Shown one piece after another: positions 21,254 through 32,062 of a DNA stretch of 64,000 bases (positions are counted from its first letter, which is position 1; every line of letters begins with the position of its first letter). The stretch comes from Promethearchaeota archaeon. GTDB taxonomy: Archaea; Asgardarchaeota; Lokiarchaeia; Sigyniarchaeales; SOKP01. The DNA lies in the NCBI GenBank assembly GCA_016840085.1, contig JAEOTA010000084.1, positions 10,401-74,400 on the forward strand, written 5' to 3'. The notes under the pieces are model-generated. The model saw only the letters and a program-made list of their open reading frames with translations, was not told the origin of the DNA and made no database searches. The position numbers were made by a program, and so were the translations under genes.

Positions 21254-21847
21254 ATGAAAAATATAATAATCTCCGGAACACCTGGTTGTGGAAAAACATC
21301 AGTTACCAGAGAAATTTCAAATTTAGTGGAAGCTAAAATAATTTCTCTAAATGAATTAGCAATTTCAGAAAAATTTTCATTTGAATATGATGAAGAAAGA
21401 AAAACTTACATTGTGAATTTTAAAGTATTTCTGCCTTGTGTATTAAAAAAGATTAGGGCGATTGAGCAAAATAATCCACCATTTCTGATAATAGAAAGTC
21501 ATTTTTCTGATATCATTCCAGAAAATTTTATTGATTTTGCTTTTATTTTAAGATGTGATCCGGATGAATTATTTAAAAGATTAGAAAAAAAAAATTATAA
21601 TTCAAAAAAAATTCTTGAAAATATTCAAGCAGAAATTTTGGGTAATTGTATAAATTATTTTATTCAAAAACAAACAAAAATCCCTCTTTATGAAATTGAT
21701 ACTACAAATCTTAGTATTAAATCAGTAGCAAAAATTATTATAGATATTGCAGTTGAAAATCAAGAGGGAAACAATTATTATATAGGTAAAATCGATTGGC
21801 TAGAAAAATTATTTCAAGAAAACCGTTTAGAAGAGTTTTTTGATTGA
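21254..21847 (+). CDS. Adenylate kinase AK6/Fap7 family
   Basis: ISGTPGCGKT, IIESH, LRC.P..L..RL, KILENIQAEI. Confidence 0.92.
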   Translation: MKNIIISGTPGCGKTSVTREISNLVEAKIISLNELAISEKFSFEYDEERKTYIVNFKVFLPCVLKKIRAIEQNNPPFLIIESHFSDIIPENFIDFAFILRCDPDELFKRLEKKNYNSKKILENIQAEILGNCINYFIQKQTKIPLYEIDTTNLSIKSVAKIIIDIAVENQEGNNYYIGKIDWLEKLFQENRLEEFFD

Positions 21848-21865
21848 GAATCAAAATTAAACAAC

Positions 21866-23527
21866 GTGGAATATATGGAATGGGAGATATCTGATTTTGA
21901 CGCACTAGGAAGAATTGGAAAATTAACTATAAATAAAAAACAAATGAGTACTCCTAATTTATTTCCTGTAGTCCACCCTTATAAAAGTTTTATTTCCACT
22001 TCAGATTTAAAGAAGATAGGTGCTCAATGTGTTTTTACGAATGCTTATATTATCTATCAGAATGCTCAAATACGAGATGATATCTTGAGAAAAGGAATAC
22101 ATTCACATTTAAAATTTGGCGGAATAATCGCAACAGACAGCGGAGCTTTCCAAAAATATATGTACAATAAGAGAAATTTAGAAATTCAACCAAATGATAT
22201 AGAAAAGTTCCAAGAAGATATTGGTACTGATTTTGCCGTAATCTTAGATGAACCTGTGCAACCAGATGATGATTATGAAACAGCCAAGAAGAGAGTTGAT
22301 ATAACCATTGAAAGAGCTAAAGATAATATTAATCGAAGAATAAAAAATGATTGCTACTGGTTTGGACCTATTCATGGGGCTAGGTATGACGATCTACTAA
22401 GAACGAGTACACTTGAAATGAGTAAATTAAATTTTAGTGTTTATGCAATAGGAGGTTTAGTTAAATCTCTTTTAAATTATAGATTTGATTTGGTAATTAA
22501 AATTCTTCTGAATGTAAAAAAGGATATTGTACGCAATAAACCCATTCATATGTTTGGATTAGGATTACCACAATTCTTTTCATTAGCTATAGCATGTGGA
22601 TGCGATCTAATGGACTCAGCAGCATATATTCTATTTGCAAGGGAAAACAGGTATTTCACATTATCTACAGGAACAAGAAAATTAGAAGAATTAGAAGAAT
22701 TTCCATGTCACTGTCCTATATGCTGTGAATATAATCCTAAAGAAGTTTTAAATTTCGACGAAAAATTACGAACTGAATTAATAGCTAAACATAATTTATA
22801 TATTTCTTTTTCTGAATTAAGAACAATACGTCAAGCTATTAAAGAAGGTAATCTATGGGAACTTGTTGAACAACGGATTCGAAATCATCCTACTTTGGTT
22901 AAAGCTTCAAAGTTGATTAAATCATATTTACCTTTATTTGAAAGCCATGAGAAATTGTATAAAACGCATGGTAGGCTATATTCTTCCCCAGAAAGCATCG
23001 GAAGACCTCTGATTTATCGTTATGAATCAAAACTAAAGAATAATTATAGAGTTCCACAAGATGCAAAATATTTAATTATTTTACCTGAATTGGATGTAAA
23101 GGGGGATCAATCACCAAGTATTAAGAAATGGCTAGAGGAATTAGATACTAATTCAATAATTCCTAGAAAATTTCTTCATGTCGCATTTCTCTCTGATTTT
23201 TATGGAATTTTACCCTTAGAACTAAGTTCCTCTTTTCCTATGGGGCAATATGAATCAATAGATCTATTGACCAAAAATGATTTAATTTATCGGGATTTTA
23301 TACAAAAAACAGAATTTTTCTTTAATCTTTATGCACCTCATTATTCGAAAAGTGGAATATTAATACCTGATAAATTTATTAATCAATTTAATGAAATTAC
23401 AGAATTTAAAAAAAAAAATATTATAAATAACTTAACCAAAATGTTGAATTCTAAATTTAAATTAAACGTTGCTTCTTTCCCTAAAATAACACATCTTATA
23501 CAATACTTTAAGAGTGATGAAAAATAA
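21866..23527 (+). CDS. tgtA: tRNA-guanine(15) transglycosylase (archaeosine), no PUA domain apparent
   Basis: GRIG...TP..FPVVHP, TDSGAFQ, HMFGLG.P, DLMDSAAY, CHCPIC, HNL. Confidence 0.95.
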   Translation: MEYMEWEISDFDALGRIGKLTINKKQMSTPNLFPVVHPYKSFISTSDLKKIGAQCVFTNAYIIYQNAQIRDDILRKGIHSHLKFGGIIATDSGAFQKYMYNKRNLEIQPNDIEKFQEDIGTDFAVILDEPVQPDDDYETAKKRVDITIERAKDNINRRIKNDCYWFGPIHGARYDDLLRTSTLEMSKLNFSVYAIGGLVKSLLNYRFDLVIKILLNVKKDIVRNKPIHMFGLGLPQFFSLAIACGCDLMDSAAYILFARENRYFTLSTGTRKLEELEEFPCHCPICCEYNPKEVLNFDEKLRTELIAKHNLYISFSELRTIRQAIKEGNLWELVEQRIRNHPTLVKASKLIKSYLPLFESHEKLYKTHGRLYSSPESIGRPLIYRYESKLKNNYRVPQDAKYLIILPELDVKGDQSPSIKKWLEELDTNSIIPRKFLHVAFLSDFYGILPLELSSSFPMGQYESIDLLTKNDLIYRDFIQKTEFFFNLYAPHYSKSGILIPDKFINQFNEITEFKKKNIINNLTKMLNSKFKLNVASFPKITHLIQYFKSDEK

Positions 23528-23961
23528 TTTTTCTAGATAAAATATACGCTTATGGCCATGAAAATATTAAAGGTACTCATAAAACAACGATAGAACTTAC
23601 AAAAGTTAAAAATTTAACAAAGAAAGGAAATTGCATTATAGGGATTAATTCTACAAAAGCTTGTTTTGATTTAAATTCCACTTTAAAAGAAAAAATAAAT
23701 AATGGAAAAAAAATTGAAATAACATTAAAAGTAGAAAATCTCCAAGATTCTTTCTATGGTTTTGGAAATAAAGAGTTAAGATTATTAGATAAAGAGGATG
23801 TGGTATTTCGTACAAGTAATTATATTTGTAACAGAACTGTGTTGGTTAATTGTACTAAATCATCAAATGAGATAAATCGTGAATTAATTGATAAATTAAA
23901 AATTCCAGGAAAAAGATTATCAATAATATTTGAAATAAATGAGTTAAATGGGAAATATTAA
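23524..23961 (+). CDS. DUF371 family protein (missed by the ORF track; probable ATA start overlapping the tgtA stop)
   Basis: Manual translation: IIFLDKIYAYGHENIKGTHKTTIELTK...LTKKGNCIIGI...VFRTSNYICNRT; in-frame TGA at 23518. Confidence 0.85.
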   Translation: MIFLDKIYAYGHENIKGTHKTTIELTKVKNLTKKGNCIIGINSTKACFDLNSTLKEKINNGKKIEITLKVENLQDSFYGFGNKELRLLDKEDVVFRTSNYICNRTVLVNCTKSSNEINRELIDKLKIPGKRLSIIFEINELNGKY

Positions 23962-25099
23962 CAAGGTAAAAATCACCTATCTGAAATTAAAAAAGAAAGA
24001 TGGACAAGATTTTATCAAATTTATAAAAAATAATCTCAATAGTAAACAAATAATTAACCAAAAATTCAAAATTTTACATGAAAAAGATTACATTTTATTT
24101 CCAATATTTGAAAATCAAGTTCTACTTGATAAAATAACTAAAATATTACGTAATCAAAACGATTTTGAAATTATTTCTAAAGAAGGAATAACCAATGTAA
24201 AGTATAAATATAAATCACTTGAGGAAGCATTAGAAGGTATAATTCCACATAAATATTCAGAATTAATTCCAAAATCATATGATATTATTGGAAATATCGC
24301 TGTAATTGAGTTTGATAAGTATAATCATATAAATGATAAAGAATTCAATGAATACAAGAAAAAGATTGCTAAAGCGATAATAGAAGTAAACAACAATATT
24401 AAAACTGTTTATGAAAAAAAAAGTCAAATTAAGGGAGAGTATCGCTTAAGAGCATTAGCTTTTTTATGTGGTGAAGATAAATCCGAAACAATATATAAGG
24501 AAAATGGTTGTGTTTTTAAGCTTGATATTAAAAAAACATACTTCTCTCCAAGATTAGTTTTCGAACGGCGAAGAATTACCTTAAGTAATATAGAAGAAAA
24601 CGAGGTAATAATTGATATGTTTGCGGGAGTTGGAACTTTTTCAATTCAAATTGCTAAAAATTATAATGTAAAAATTCATGCTTTTGATTTAAATCCTAAT
24701 GCTATTAAATTTCTTAAAAAAAACATTAAGATAAATAAATTAAAAGGAAGTATAACCCCTTATCAGATGGATATAAAACATGTTCTCAACCCATTGAACA
24801 AAGTAGGTACCTCGTTAAATCACAGGGCAGATAGAATAATTATGAATTTACCAGAGAAATCAATCGATTTCATTGATATTAGCTGCTATTTAATGAAAAA
24901 ATCAGGAGGTGTTTTACATTTCTATCAAATTTCTGACAAACCGAATCCGCTTGAAAATACAATTAAACATTTAGAGACTCATTTATCTAAATTCAATTGG
25001 ATTATTGATAAAATACTCAATTCTAAAATTGTTAAATCATATTCACCAACATCAGAATTAGTTGTTGTTGATTTGAAAATAAAAACTTTAGATTACTAA
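23948..25099 (+). CDS. trm5: Trm5/Met-10+ family tRNA methyltransferase
   Basis: SYDIIGNIA, GEYRLR, YKENG, YFSPRL..ER, DMFAGVG, IIMNLP. Confidence 0.9.
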   Translation: MGNINKVKITYLKLKKKDGQDFIKFIKNNLNSKQIINQKFKILHEKDYILFPIFENQVLLDKITKILRNQNDFEIISKEGITNVKYKYKSLEEALEGIIPHKYSELIPKSYDIIGNIAVIEFDKYNHINDKEFNEYKKKIAKAIIEVNNNIKTVYEKKSQIKGEYRLRALAFLCGEDKSETIYKENGCVFKLDIKKTYFSPRLVFERRRITLSNIEENEVIIDMFAGVGTFSIQIAKNYNVKIHAFDLNPNAIKFLKKNIKINKLKGSITPYQMDIKHVLNPLNKVGTSLNHRADRIIMNLPEKSIDFIDISCYLMKKSGGVLHFYQISDKPNPLENTIKHLETHLSKFNWIIDKILNSKIVKSYSPTSELVVVDLKIKTLDY

Positions 25100-25313
25100 A
25101 TTGAAGTTATGAAAAATTATTAGAAAATAATAAGGTAAAGTCATTTTTACCTTTGATAATTTTAAAATCCAAAATGTTAGAAAACGATTAATTATATCTT
25201 AATAATAGTTTTTAACATTCGAAATCATTATACTAATAAGAGAAAAATTTTAATTATTTGAGTCTTAATACAAATTAAGTTATTTATATTTTAAACTCAA
25301 TAAGCCAAATTGC

Positions 25314-25416
25314 GGACTCGTAGCCTAGCCTGGTGGTTTTTATAGTTATAAAGCTAGGTAAATAGGGCGTTGGACTTCTAATCCAAAAGTCGCAGGTTCG
25401 AATCCTGCCGGGTCCG
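25314..25416 (+). tRNA. tRNA-Arg(TCT) with 28-nt D-loop intron (25334-25361, position 19/20)
   Basis: Acceptor GGACTCG/CGGGTCC, anticodon arm TTGGA-CT-TCT-AA-TCCAA, T arm GCAGG-TTCGAAT-CCTGC; full bulge-helix-bulge. Confidence 0.95.
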
Positions 25417-25570
25417 CTTATTTTTAGTTTAAGTAGTAAAAATTACGGGTGAATTTATCCAGAAATTCTGAATTAATTAATAAATCGTTAATATAATTAA
25501 TTTATTAAATCAGATCTCTTAGTTATATTTATTCTATTATCCTAAATATAAACATGAGTGTCTAAGATTA

Positions 25571-26317
25571 ATGTTAAATAAAGAAGACTTTTATCATCAA
25601 AATTTTTATCATCAACACATTCGATATTCTTTTAGTTGGAATTATAAACACCATATGAATAAAATCTCTATTCTTAATCCCCGTTTGTTCGAATTTATAA
25701 AACTTGAAACATATTTTGAAAGAATTTTAAGTGAAAAGCATGCTAAACGTATGAATAGTATATTCAATTCAAAAATTTTCCCTAGAGTTTCACGTTTTAA
25801 AATTTCTGGACTCAAAAGTGCTTTTATCAAAAGTTTCAGCAAAAAACTTGTTCAAACTTCAAAAGTTAAAAAACTTGACTCAAATTCAAAACTTCCCAAA
25901 TATGCCCAAACCGTTTATAATAATTTTTTTAAAGAAAATATTAATAAAATCCCAAGACACGATCCTATTTTAAAATATATTTTAATTAATGATAAAGATT
26001 CAATTGCGAAAGAAGTGCCAATTTGGAAAAAAATGAATGATATATATCTTACAGGACATATTGATTTGATCCAAATTGAAAATAATGTGGTTAAAGTTAT
26101 TGATTATAAACCAGAAGGTAATTTTTTACTTTCCTTACCTCAAGTTGCTATGTACGGACTTCTGATTAAATCTAATTTAAAAATTAAAAATCTTAGATGC
26201 ATATCATTTAATAAAAATGAAGCGTGGGAGTATGATCCGAATATTTTAAAGTTAGACATTAGAGAATATTTAATTTCTCACGGTATTCATGAAAGACCAT
26301 GGGAAGTTTTTTTCTAA
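25571..26317 (+). CDS. PD-(D/E)XK nuclease family protein
   Basis: EVPIW...TGHIDLIQ...VIDYKP...QVAMY (RecB/Cas4-like motifs). Confidence 0.85.
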   Translation: MLNKEDFYHQNFYHQHIRYSFSWNYKHHMNKISILNPRLFEFIKLETYFERILSEKHAKRMNSIFNSKIFPRVSRFKISGLKSAFIKSFSKKLVQTSKVKKLDSNSKLPKYAQTVYNNFFKENINKIPRHDPILKYILINDKDSIAKEVPIWKKMNDIYLTGHIDLIQIENNVVKVIDYKPEGNFLLSLPQVAMYGLLIKSNLKIKNLRCISFNKNEAWEYDPNILKLDIREYLISHGIHERPWEVFF

Positions 26318-26329
26318 GAGCACTCGATT

Positions 26330-26605
26330 TTAGCTCTTATTAATTATTTGTTTAGATGATTCTTTTTCTTCTGGTTGTTTTAGATATCCTTTAAATAGAA
26401 AATAACATACTAATAAAGAAACAACCTCAATTATAATACTAGCAAAAATTATAACCGTCCCATTATACCCTAAATACCTTAAAGATAAAGCAGATCCTAA
26501 CCCAGAAGATGCTAAAATGAAAATAAAAAACCCTTTTACAATTTCCATGAAAGACTCTTTTAAGTACCCGAGTTCTTTTTTAATCCATGATATTAATGAA
26601 GTCAT
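26330..26605 (-). CDS. Small 2-TM membrane protein
   Basis: ORF track; two hydrophobic helices. Confidence 0.7.
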   Translation of the reverse strand: MTSLISWIKKELGYLKESFMEIVKGFFIFILASSGLGSALSLRYLGYNGTVIIFASIIIEVVSLLVCYFLFKGYLKQPEEKESSKQIINKS

Positions 26606-26713
26606 AAAGGGTTTTTCCTGCTATCTAATTAATTTTTAATTAAATTAAATAATAACTCCTTTAATATCTTTCTTATTTAATAATAAATTATAATAAAAAA
26701 AATAACTCTACTT

Positions 26714-28903
26714 TTACCTATTTTTGAACTTAGAATATAACGCTTTATCTAATAACCGACCAATCATTTGGGCAATTTGACTTGCAATCTCATATCTTTC
26801 ACCATCTAAGAGCGTTCCTTTTTCTTCTAAGTTTTTAATTCTTTTAGCTAAAATTTTTTCACTAATTTCATCTATTATATTTTTAATTTTTACAAAATCA
26901 GGTAAATTGATATCTGGATTAAAAGTTTTGATCTTTTCAACCGCAAAATTAAAATATTGAGAAATCAAATCAAAAGGATCTCCCTTTAATTCACTATGGA
27001 GTTTAATATTTTCAGTAGCTGCTTTTGTATCTTTCTCTTGCCAGTATAATTGATTGGGATTGATACCTGGACTGTTAATCCTCATAAGTGAACTTGTAAT
27101 TCTACGTTCAATCCAATTTAAGGTGCTTAGTTGTTGTTCTTCACGAAACTTTTTGGCTTTCTTTTCTTTTTCTTTTTCCTTAGCTTCAATTATTTTTTCT
27201 ACTTCAATTTTACGTGATTCCTCAAAATTCTCAAGTCTCTGAATTATATCATATCCAATACAATAAGAAATAGGAGAGATCAAATCTGATTTAAGTTTCA
27301 AAGGTGCAATATCCTTATAAATAAGACTATTTTTATCTTTTAATTCTTGAATTCCATCTTTTAAAGAAATGTTCATTAAACGCCCTAAAATAAATCCATT
27401 AACTAGAAAGGGTTGATTACTTGCATTAAATATAATTATTAATTCTTCTTGTCTATTTAATATACGCTCAATTATTAATTCTTCTAATTTAATTTTCACC
27501 CATTCTTCTGAATCAGTCGTCTCAAATATTTTTTTCAATGCTAATAGAAATAATGATTTATCATTAGAAACTTTAAAATATGATTCAATTATTCTACTCA
27601 ATTGTCGTAATATCTTTGACATTATATAAAAAAAGATATCCTTAGTAATCTCGTTGATAATATCATCAAATTCTAGAAGAAATAAAATATGTGAATAATT
27701 CTTCAATTTTAATTCATATATAAAAACTCTATCAATAACAGACTTTTTTCTAACATCATTTAGAGATACAATGTCCCGTTTTTTTATGTTATATCTAATC
27801 ATATTTCGCTTTACTTGCTCCGTCAAATCTTCATCAATATTAAGCAAGTATAAAATATTATAAACACCATATTTATTTAACATATAAATAATATCATCAA
27901 AATTACTTTCATTTAAACATTCCAAAAAATAAATAAAATCATTTGGATGTTCTTTTAGTTTTTTAATTAATTCTATTTTTAAAAAATCAAGAATTTTCTT
28001 TTCAAATTCTTCATAATTAATTTTTTCTTTCAGGGCATCTTCTATCCTTTTAAATAATTTTTTTTTCAAATGATTCGCGACTATAAAGGCATTCAGCCCT
28101 GGAATAGAAATCGGAAATCGATTCAAATTAAAATCTAGAACCTTCTTTTTAATCATTCTTACAGGCATTGCCTCGACTTGTAACTCCTTATAAGATTTAA
28201 ATTCGAAATCTACGCGAATTTTCTTAATCAATTTGGCTAATGTAGCTAATTCTATAAATTTATCTTCTTTTTCTTCGAATTCTAATTTTTTTTCTAACTC
28301 TATCGAAACATCTTTAAGCGCTGAACTTTCTTCTAAAATTTCTTTTTTAATTTCATTTGTAAATCCAATTAAATCGCCTATTAAATCGTAGAAAAAAAAT
28401 GGAGGATAATTTAATATGATTTCCTGCAATTCTTGTTCAATTTGTACTTCTATGTCTTTAAGAAGTTGCTCTTTATGAGAGTTTTGACCCTCTCTCCGTC
28501 TTACTTCAATTAAAAAAGAAAGAAAATTAATTTCTAAGTCAATTATCTTATTAAGAAGGTTTATTTCTAAGGAGAATGAGTTTTTTAATAAATTGTTTAC
28601 TTCTTCCATGATTATATCCTTTTCTGTTAATTCCAATTTTTTTGTAAATTCAAAAGTAAATTTATCTCCTTCTATGATATCTTGAACTCTAATCCCTAAA
28701 CTATGATATATATGAATTGTTGCTGTTGCTATTAACAAATCCTTAAATGTCGTATCATGACGAATTAATTCAAAAATTTTTGTTTTGTCAGCGTCTCTTT
28801 TGAAATGAGATATTATTAAATCAACTGTTTGAAAAAATCTATAAGTACTTTCTACTGCTGTTGTCTTTCTTTTTATGCCACTTATCATAATTATTTCATC
28901 CAT
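26714..28903 (-). CDS. Large helical hypothetical protein
   Basis: 729-aa ORF, overlaps the upstream ORF; no motif recognised. Confidence 0.8.
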   Translation of the reverse strand: MDEIIMISGIKRKTTAVESTYRFFQTVDLIISHFKRDADKTKIFELIRHDTTFKDLLIATATIHIYHSLGIRVQDIIEGDKFTFEFTKKLELTEKDIIMEEVNNLLKNSFSLEINLLNKIIDLEINFLSFLIEVRRREGQNSHKEQLLKDIEVQIEQELQEIILNYPPFFFYDLIGDLIGFTNEIKKEILEESSALKDVSIELEKKLEFEEKEDKFIELATLAKLIKKIRVDFEFKSYKELQVEAMPVRMIKKKVLDFNLNRFPISIPGLNAFIVANHLKKKLFKRIEDALKEKINYEEFEKKILDFLKIELIKKLKEHPNDFIYFLECLNESNFDDIIYMLNKYGVYNILYLLNIDEDLTEQVKRNMIRYNIKKRDIVSLNDVRKKSVIDRVFIYELKLKNYSHILFLLEFDDIINEITKDIFFYIMSKILRQLSRIIESYFKVSNDKSLFLLALKKIFETTDSEEWVKIKLEELIIERILNRQEELIIIFNASNQPFLVNGFILGRLMNISLKDGIQELKDKNSLIYKDIAPLKLKSDLISPISYCIGYDIIQRLENFEESRKIEVEKIIEAKEKEKEKKAKKFREEQQLSTLNWIERRITSSLMRINSPGINPNQLYWQEKDTKAATENIKLHSELKGDPFDLISQYFNFAVEKIKTFNPDINLPDFVKIKNIIDEISEKILAKRIKNLEEKGTLLDGERYEIASQIAQMIGRLLDKALYSKFKNR

Positions 28904-31188
28904 TCTCTATATACTTCTTTAAAATTATCAGATAATTCAAATTGCACATTATTATGCCAAAATTTGAAATTTACTACATGAAAAAGCTCTCCTTTAAATT
29001 GTTCCTTTTCTTCATTTGTTAAAATATGTTTTAAAATCAGAGTTAAAGGTCTTGGTACTAGTTTTGAAAAATATTTGAGATCCCTATTTTTAATATAATT
29101 ATAAAATGATTCCGTTTCGTTTAAGCCAAAATATTTTATAGGAATTAATTCCTCTTTTTGATCATTTATTAAACTTAATTCAAGTTTAATCTTGTTTTTC
29201 ACATATTTAGGAAATTCCAAATTAATATTAATACTGTATTCATAATGCTTATACAATTCAATTAATTCTCGTTTTTCTTCAGCATTTGGGATTTTTGCAA
29301 TATATCTGTCTAAAAAATCAAGAAAATTTTCAAGTTTTTGTTCTTTTAATTCTCGTTCTTCTAAATAGTTAATAAAATCATTATGTATCTCAACTAAAGA
29401 CCAATCTTTATTGTTCTCTAATTTGAAAAATTTTTTTGCATAGTCATTTATCCACTCTAGTACATAAGATTTCCATTCTAGATTAATACCTCCTATACGC
29501 TTTTCTAGAAAACGATGAAATTTATTCGCAAAACTAACTGGATCAGTTAATTCTTTTTCGGGTTCTTCTTTTATATATCGATTAATCGTAGAATGCCTTA
29601 GTATATAACTTAATAAGTAATTTAATTCACTTGAAAGTTTTTTAAACTTCTCTGTATGCATTTTTATTGAATTTGCATTTTTTTCCATTTGAATTTCAGC
29701 AAAAGATATTAAATCCTCTATTTTTAATCCAATTTGGTCAAAAAACGAATCAATATTATTATCAACTAATTTTTTAAACTTTTCTTTAAGTTGATCTTCA
29801 TTAAATTCAAGATCATTCAACAATATTGAATTAAATTCAATTTTATTAAGAATATATTCTTTAAATTTCTCTATAAATCTCAACCCTAGAATTTTTGCTG
29901 GTTTTTGCTCATTATTGAATTTATTATTAAGGTTTTCTATTAATCGAAAAGTTAAATATTTTAATCGACGCGTTGATAGATATCTAGGGAGTGATTTGCG
30001 TATTAAACCAAGACTATTTTTAATAATTTCTGAAAAATAATTAAAAACAGAACTTAATTCCATAACTCTCAAATTCTCTTTCTTTATTACTGACTCACTG
30101 ATGAAATTGTAAGCTATTTGACAAATGTTATTAAAATCCTCATTCTCTAGCTTTCCCTTATTGCTAATAAATTGAATATATTTTTCTAATATTTCAGAAA
30201 GATCACCAATCTCACCAGAAGCTAGAAAATTCCTAGAATATTCTAAAAATTTATTCAAAAAACGCTCTAATTTTAGCAATATCTTATATGTATTTTGAAT
30301 TAACCATTGCGATGTTTCGGGTTCTAAGACATCTTTAGTCTCATCCTTAATATGATTGATTAGAAAAAGTATAATTTTATCCTGAGATTCATCTAAAGTT
30401 CCAATATTTGCTAAATTAATAAGATTTGTTCCAAGATTTAATGTTTTATCAACGATAAAATTAGCACTTGGCTCGGATATTATATATTTAAGGTGCTGTA
30501 CTGCTTGCTTTCCTTCAAATAGAGTCTTCAATTTTTCAAATTTATGATTCGATAAATTAATCTCAATCGGCTGTTTATGCCATAGAATCTCTATATTGGA
30601 TTTAATTTTTCCATAGATAGTTAACATTTTCTCTTCCGTTGGGAGGGATTTGCTTATCCCAATTAATTTTTTATTCCATTTATCTTCAATTAAATCTCCA
30701 TAGAGTTTTTTACTAAACCGAGTGGCGAATTTATCATATAATTTTTGCTTCTCTTCAACCTTAAGTTCTGGTCGGTTGGTAAACTCCTCAACCTCATAAA
30801 AAAGTTTGCTTATATTATCAATAGATGTTCTGGATTTATGTATATCCAAATATCCTGTTTCTGGTTTTAAAGCAAGCAATAAACTTTCACAATCTTTAAA
30901 TATACCCGGAATCAAAATCATTGATTTTGGAAATATGTTAGTTCGAGCACTTTTCTCATCAATATTAAATAAATCAAATTCAATACTAAATACTTCTGAC
31001 CCCGTATAATCTCTTAAAACTGCGTTGTACATCATTAAAAATTTTATAACTTCCTGGGAGAGTTCATTAACTTTTTGCTTTGTTAATCTTCCAGCACCGA
31101 TTACATCTCCAGTAATGAAATTATTTGGGGATGAATATCCGAATATTATAGAAAATTGATAATTTATAGATTCTCGTGTGGTTATCAT
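28891..31188 (-). CDS. Large helical hypothetical protein
   Basis: 765-aa ORF; no motif recognised. Confidence 0.8.
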   Translation of the reverse strand: MITTRESINYQFSIIFGYSSPNNFITGDVIGAGRLTKQKVNELSQEVIKFLMMYNAVLRDYTGSEVFSIEFDLFNIDEKSARTNIFPKSMILIPGIFKDCESLLLALKPETGYLDIHKSRTSIDNISKLFYEVEEFTNRPELKVEEKQKLYDKFATRFSKKLYGDLIEDKWNKKLIGISKSLPTEEKMLTIYGKIKSNIEILWHKQPIEINLSNHKFEKLKTLFEGKQAVQHLKYIISEPSANFIVDKTLNLGTNLINLANIGTLDESQDKIILFLINHIKDETKDVLEPETSQWLIQNTYKILLKLERFLNKFLEYSRNFLASGEIGDLSEILEKYIQFISNKGKLENEDFNNICQIAYNFISESVIKKENLRVMELSSVFNYFSEIIKNSLGLIRKSLPRYLSTRRLKYLTFRLIENLNNKFNNEQKPAKILGLRFIEKFKEYILNKIEFNSILLNDLEFNEDQLKEKFKKLVDNNIDSFFDQIGLKIEDLISFAEIQMEKNANSIKMHTEKFKKLSSELNYLLSYILRHSTINRYIKEEPEKELTDPVSFANKFHRFLEKRIGGINLEWKSYVLEWINDYAKKFFKLENNKDWSLVEIHNDFINYLEERELKEQKLENFLDFLDRYIAKIPNAEEKRELIELYKHYEYSININLEFPKYVKNKIKLELSLINDQKEELIPIKYFGLNETESFYNYIKNRDLKYFSKLVPRPLTLILKHILTNEEKEQFKGELFHVVNFKFWHNNVQFELSDNFKEVYREWMK

Positions 31189-31485
31189 AATCTAATTCTA
31201 ATAATAAATCTTAGATATTTAAATAATATATATTACGTATTAATCTTACTTACGCAACCCTTAAATAAATTTAAGTAGTTGTTTAATTATTTTTAAGTTG
31301 ATATAATATTAAAATTTACTTTTAATCTGCTTGGATATATAATAAATAGATAATGTGATAGATAAAAAATCTGAAATTTTTCTTATTAAAAATAGAGTAT
31401 ATTAATAAAAATATAATAAGAAAAATAATTATTATAAATAATATAATATAAGTTTAAAATTTTAAAGCAGTATTGGTGTAGGCTT

Positions 31486-31890
31486 ATACAATTCGGGTCG
31501 GATTTAGGAATTAACCAAGAAGATATCGAAAAGATTAGCCCTCAAATCACATTTATAACATCAAATGCGGATATAGAGGCGATAGCTCTAGTTAGTTCCG
31601 AAGGTTATCAAATAGCATTCTCTGCATTACCCCAATATCATGTTGATGGTGATCAATTTTGCGGACTTGCTAGTGCTTTATTGATGACAGGAAGATCAAC
31701 TATTCAAACTCTATTCCAAGAAGATTTAAGTGAAGTGATTGTTCGAGCCGAAAATGGTTATATTGTCATTACAAATGCTGGTAGATTAGTTATTGTTTGT
31801 GCGGGGACAATTATTGATACATTAATGAAGACAGTAAAGGTAATGAGGATCGCCGCCAAGAACCTATACAAAATTTTTGAAGAACACTAA
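31486..31890 (+). CDS. Roadblock/LC7 (LAMTOR2-like) domain protein; probable ATA start (track shows only 31681-31890)
   Basis: Frame is open upstream of 31681: IQFGSDLG...IEAIALVSSEGYQIAF...GLASALL...EVIVRAENGYIVI; GGTG 7 nt before ATA; in-frame TAA at 31444. Confidence 0.85.
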   Translation: MQFGSDLGINQEDIEKISPQITFITSNADIEAIALVSSEGYQIAFSALPQYHVDGDQFCGLASALLMTGRSTIQTLFQEDLSEVIVRAENGYIVITNAGRLVIVCAGTIIDTLMKTVKVMRIAAKNLYKIFEEH

Positions 31891-32062
31891 TTAATGTTAT
31901 TCTTTCACTATTTTTTAATAATCTCTAATTAATCTTTCGAGTTTAGATTTTTAGTACACTTTTGATCGAACTGGTTTTTCAGAAAATATTTCAAGACATT
32001 CAACAAGTTTTTAAAGGTTGATATATTGTAAAGTTTCATAATAATAAGTAAGACTTTGGTTT

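Noticed and set aside
25571-26317. Cas4/CRISPR system
   Set aside because: No Fe-S cysteine set, other cas genes or array
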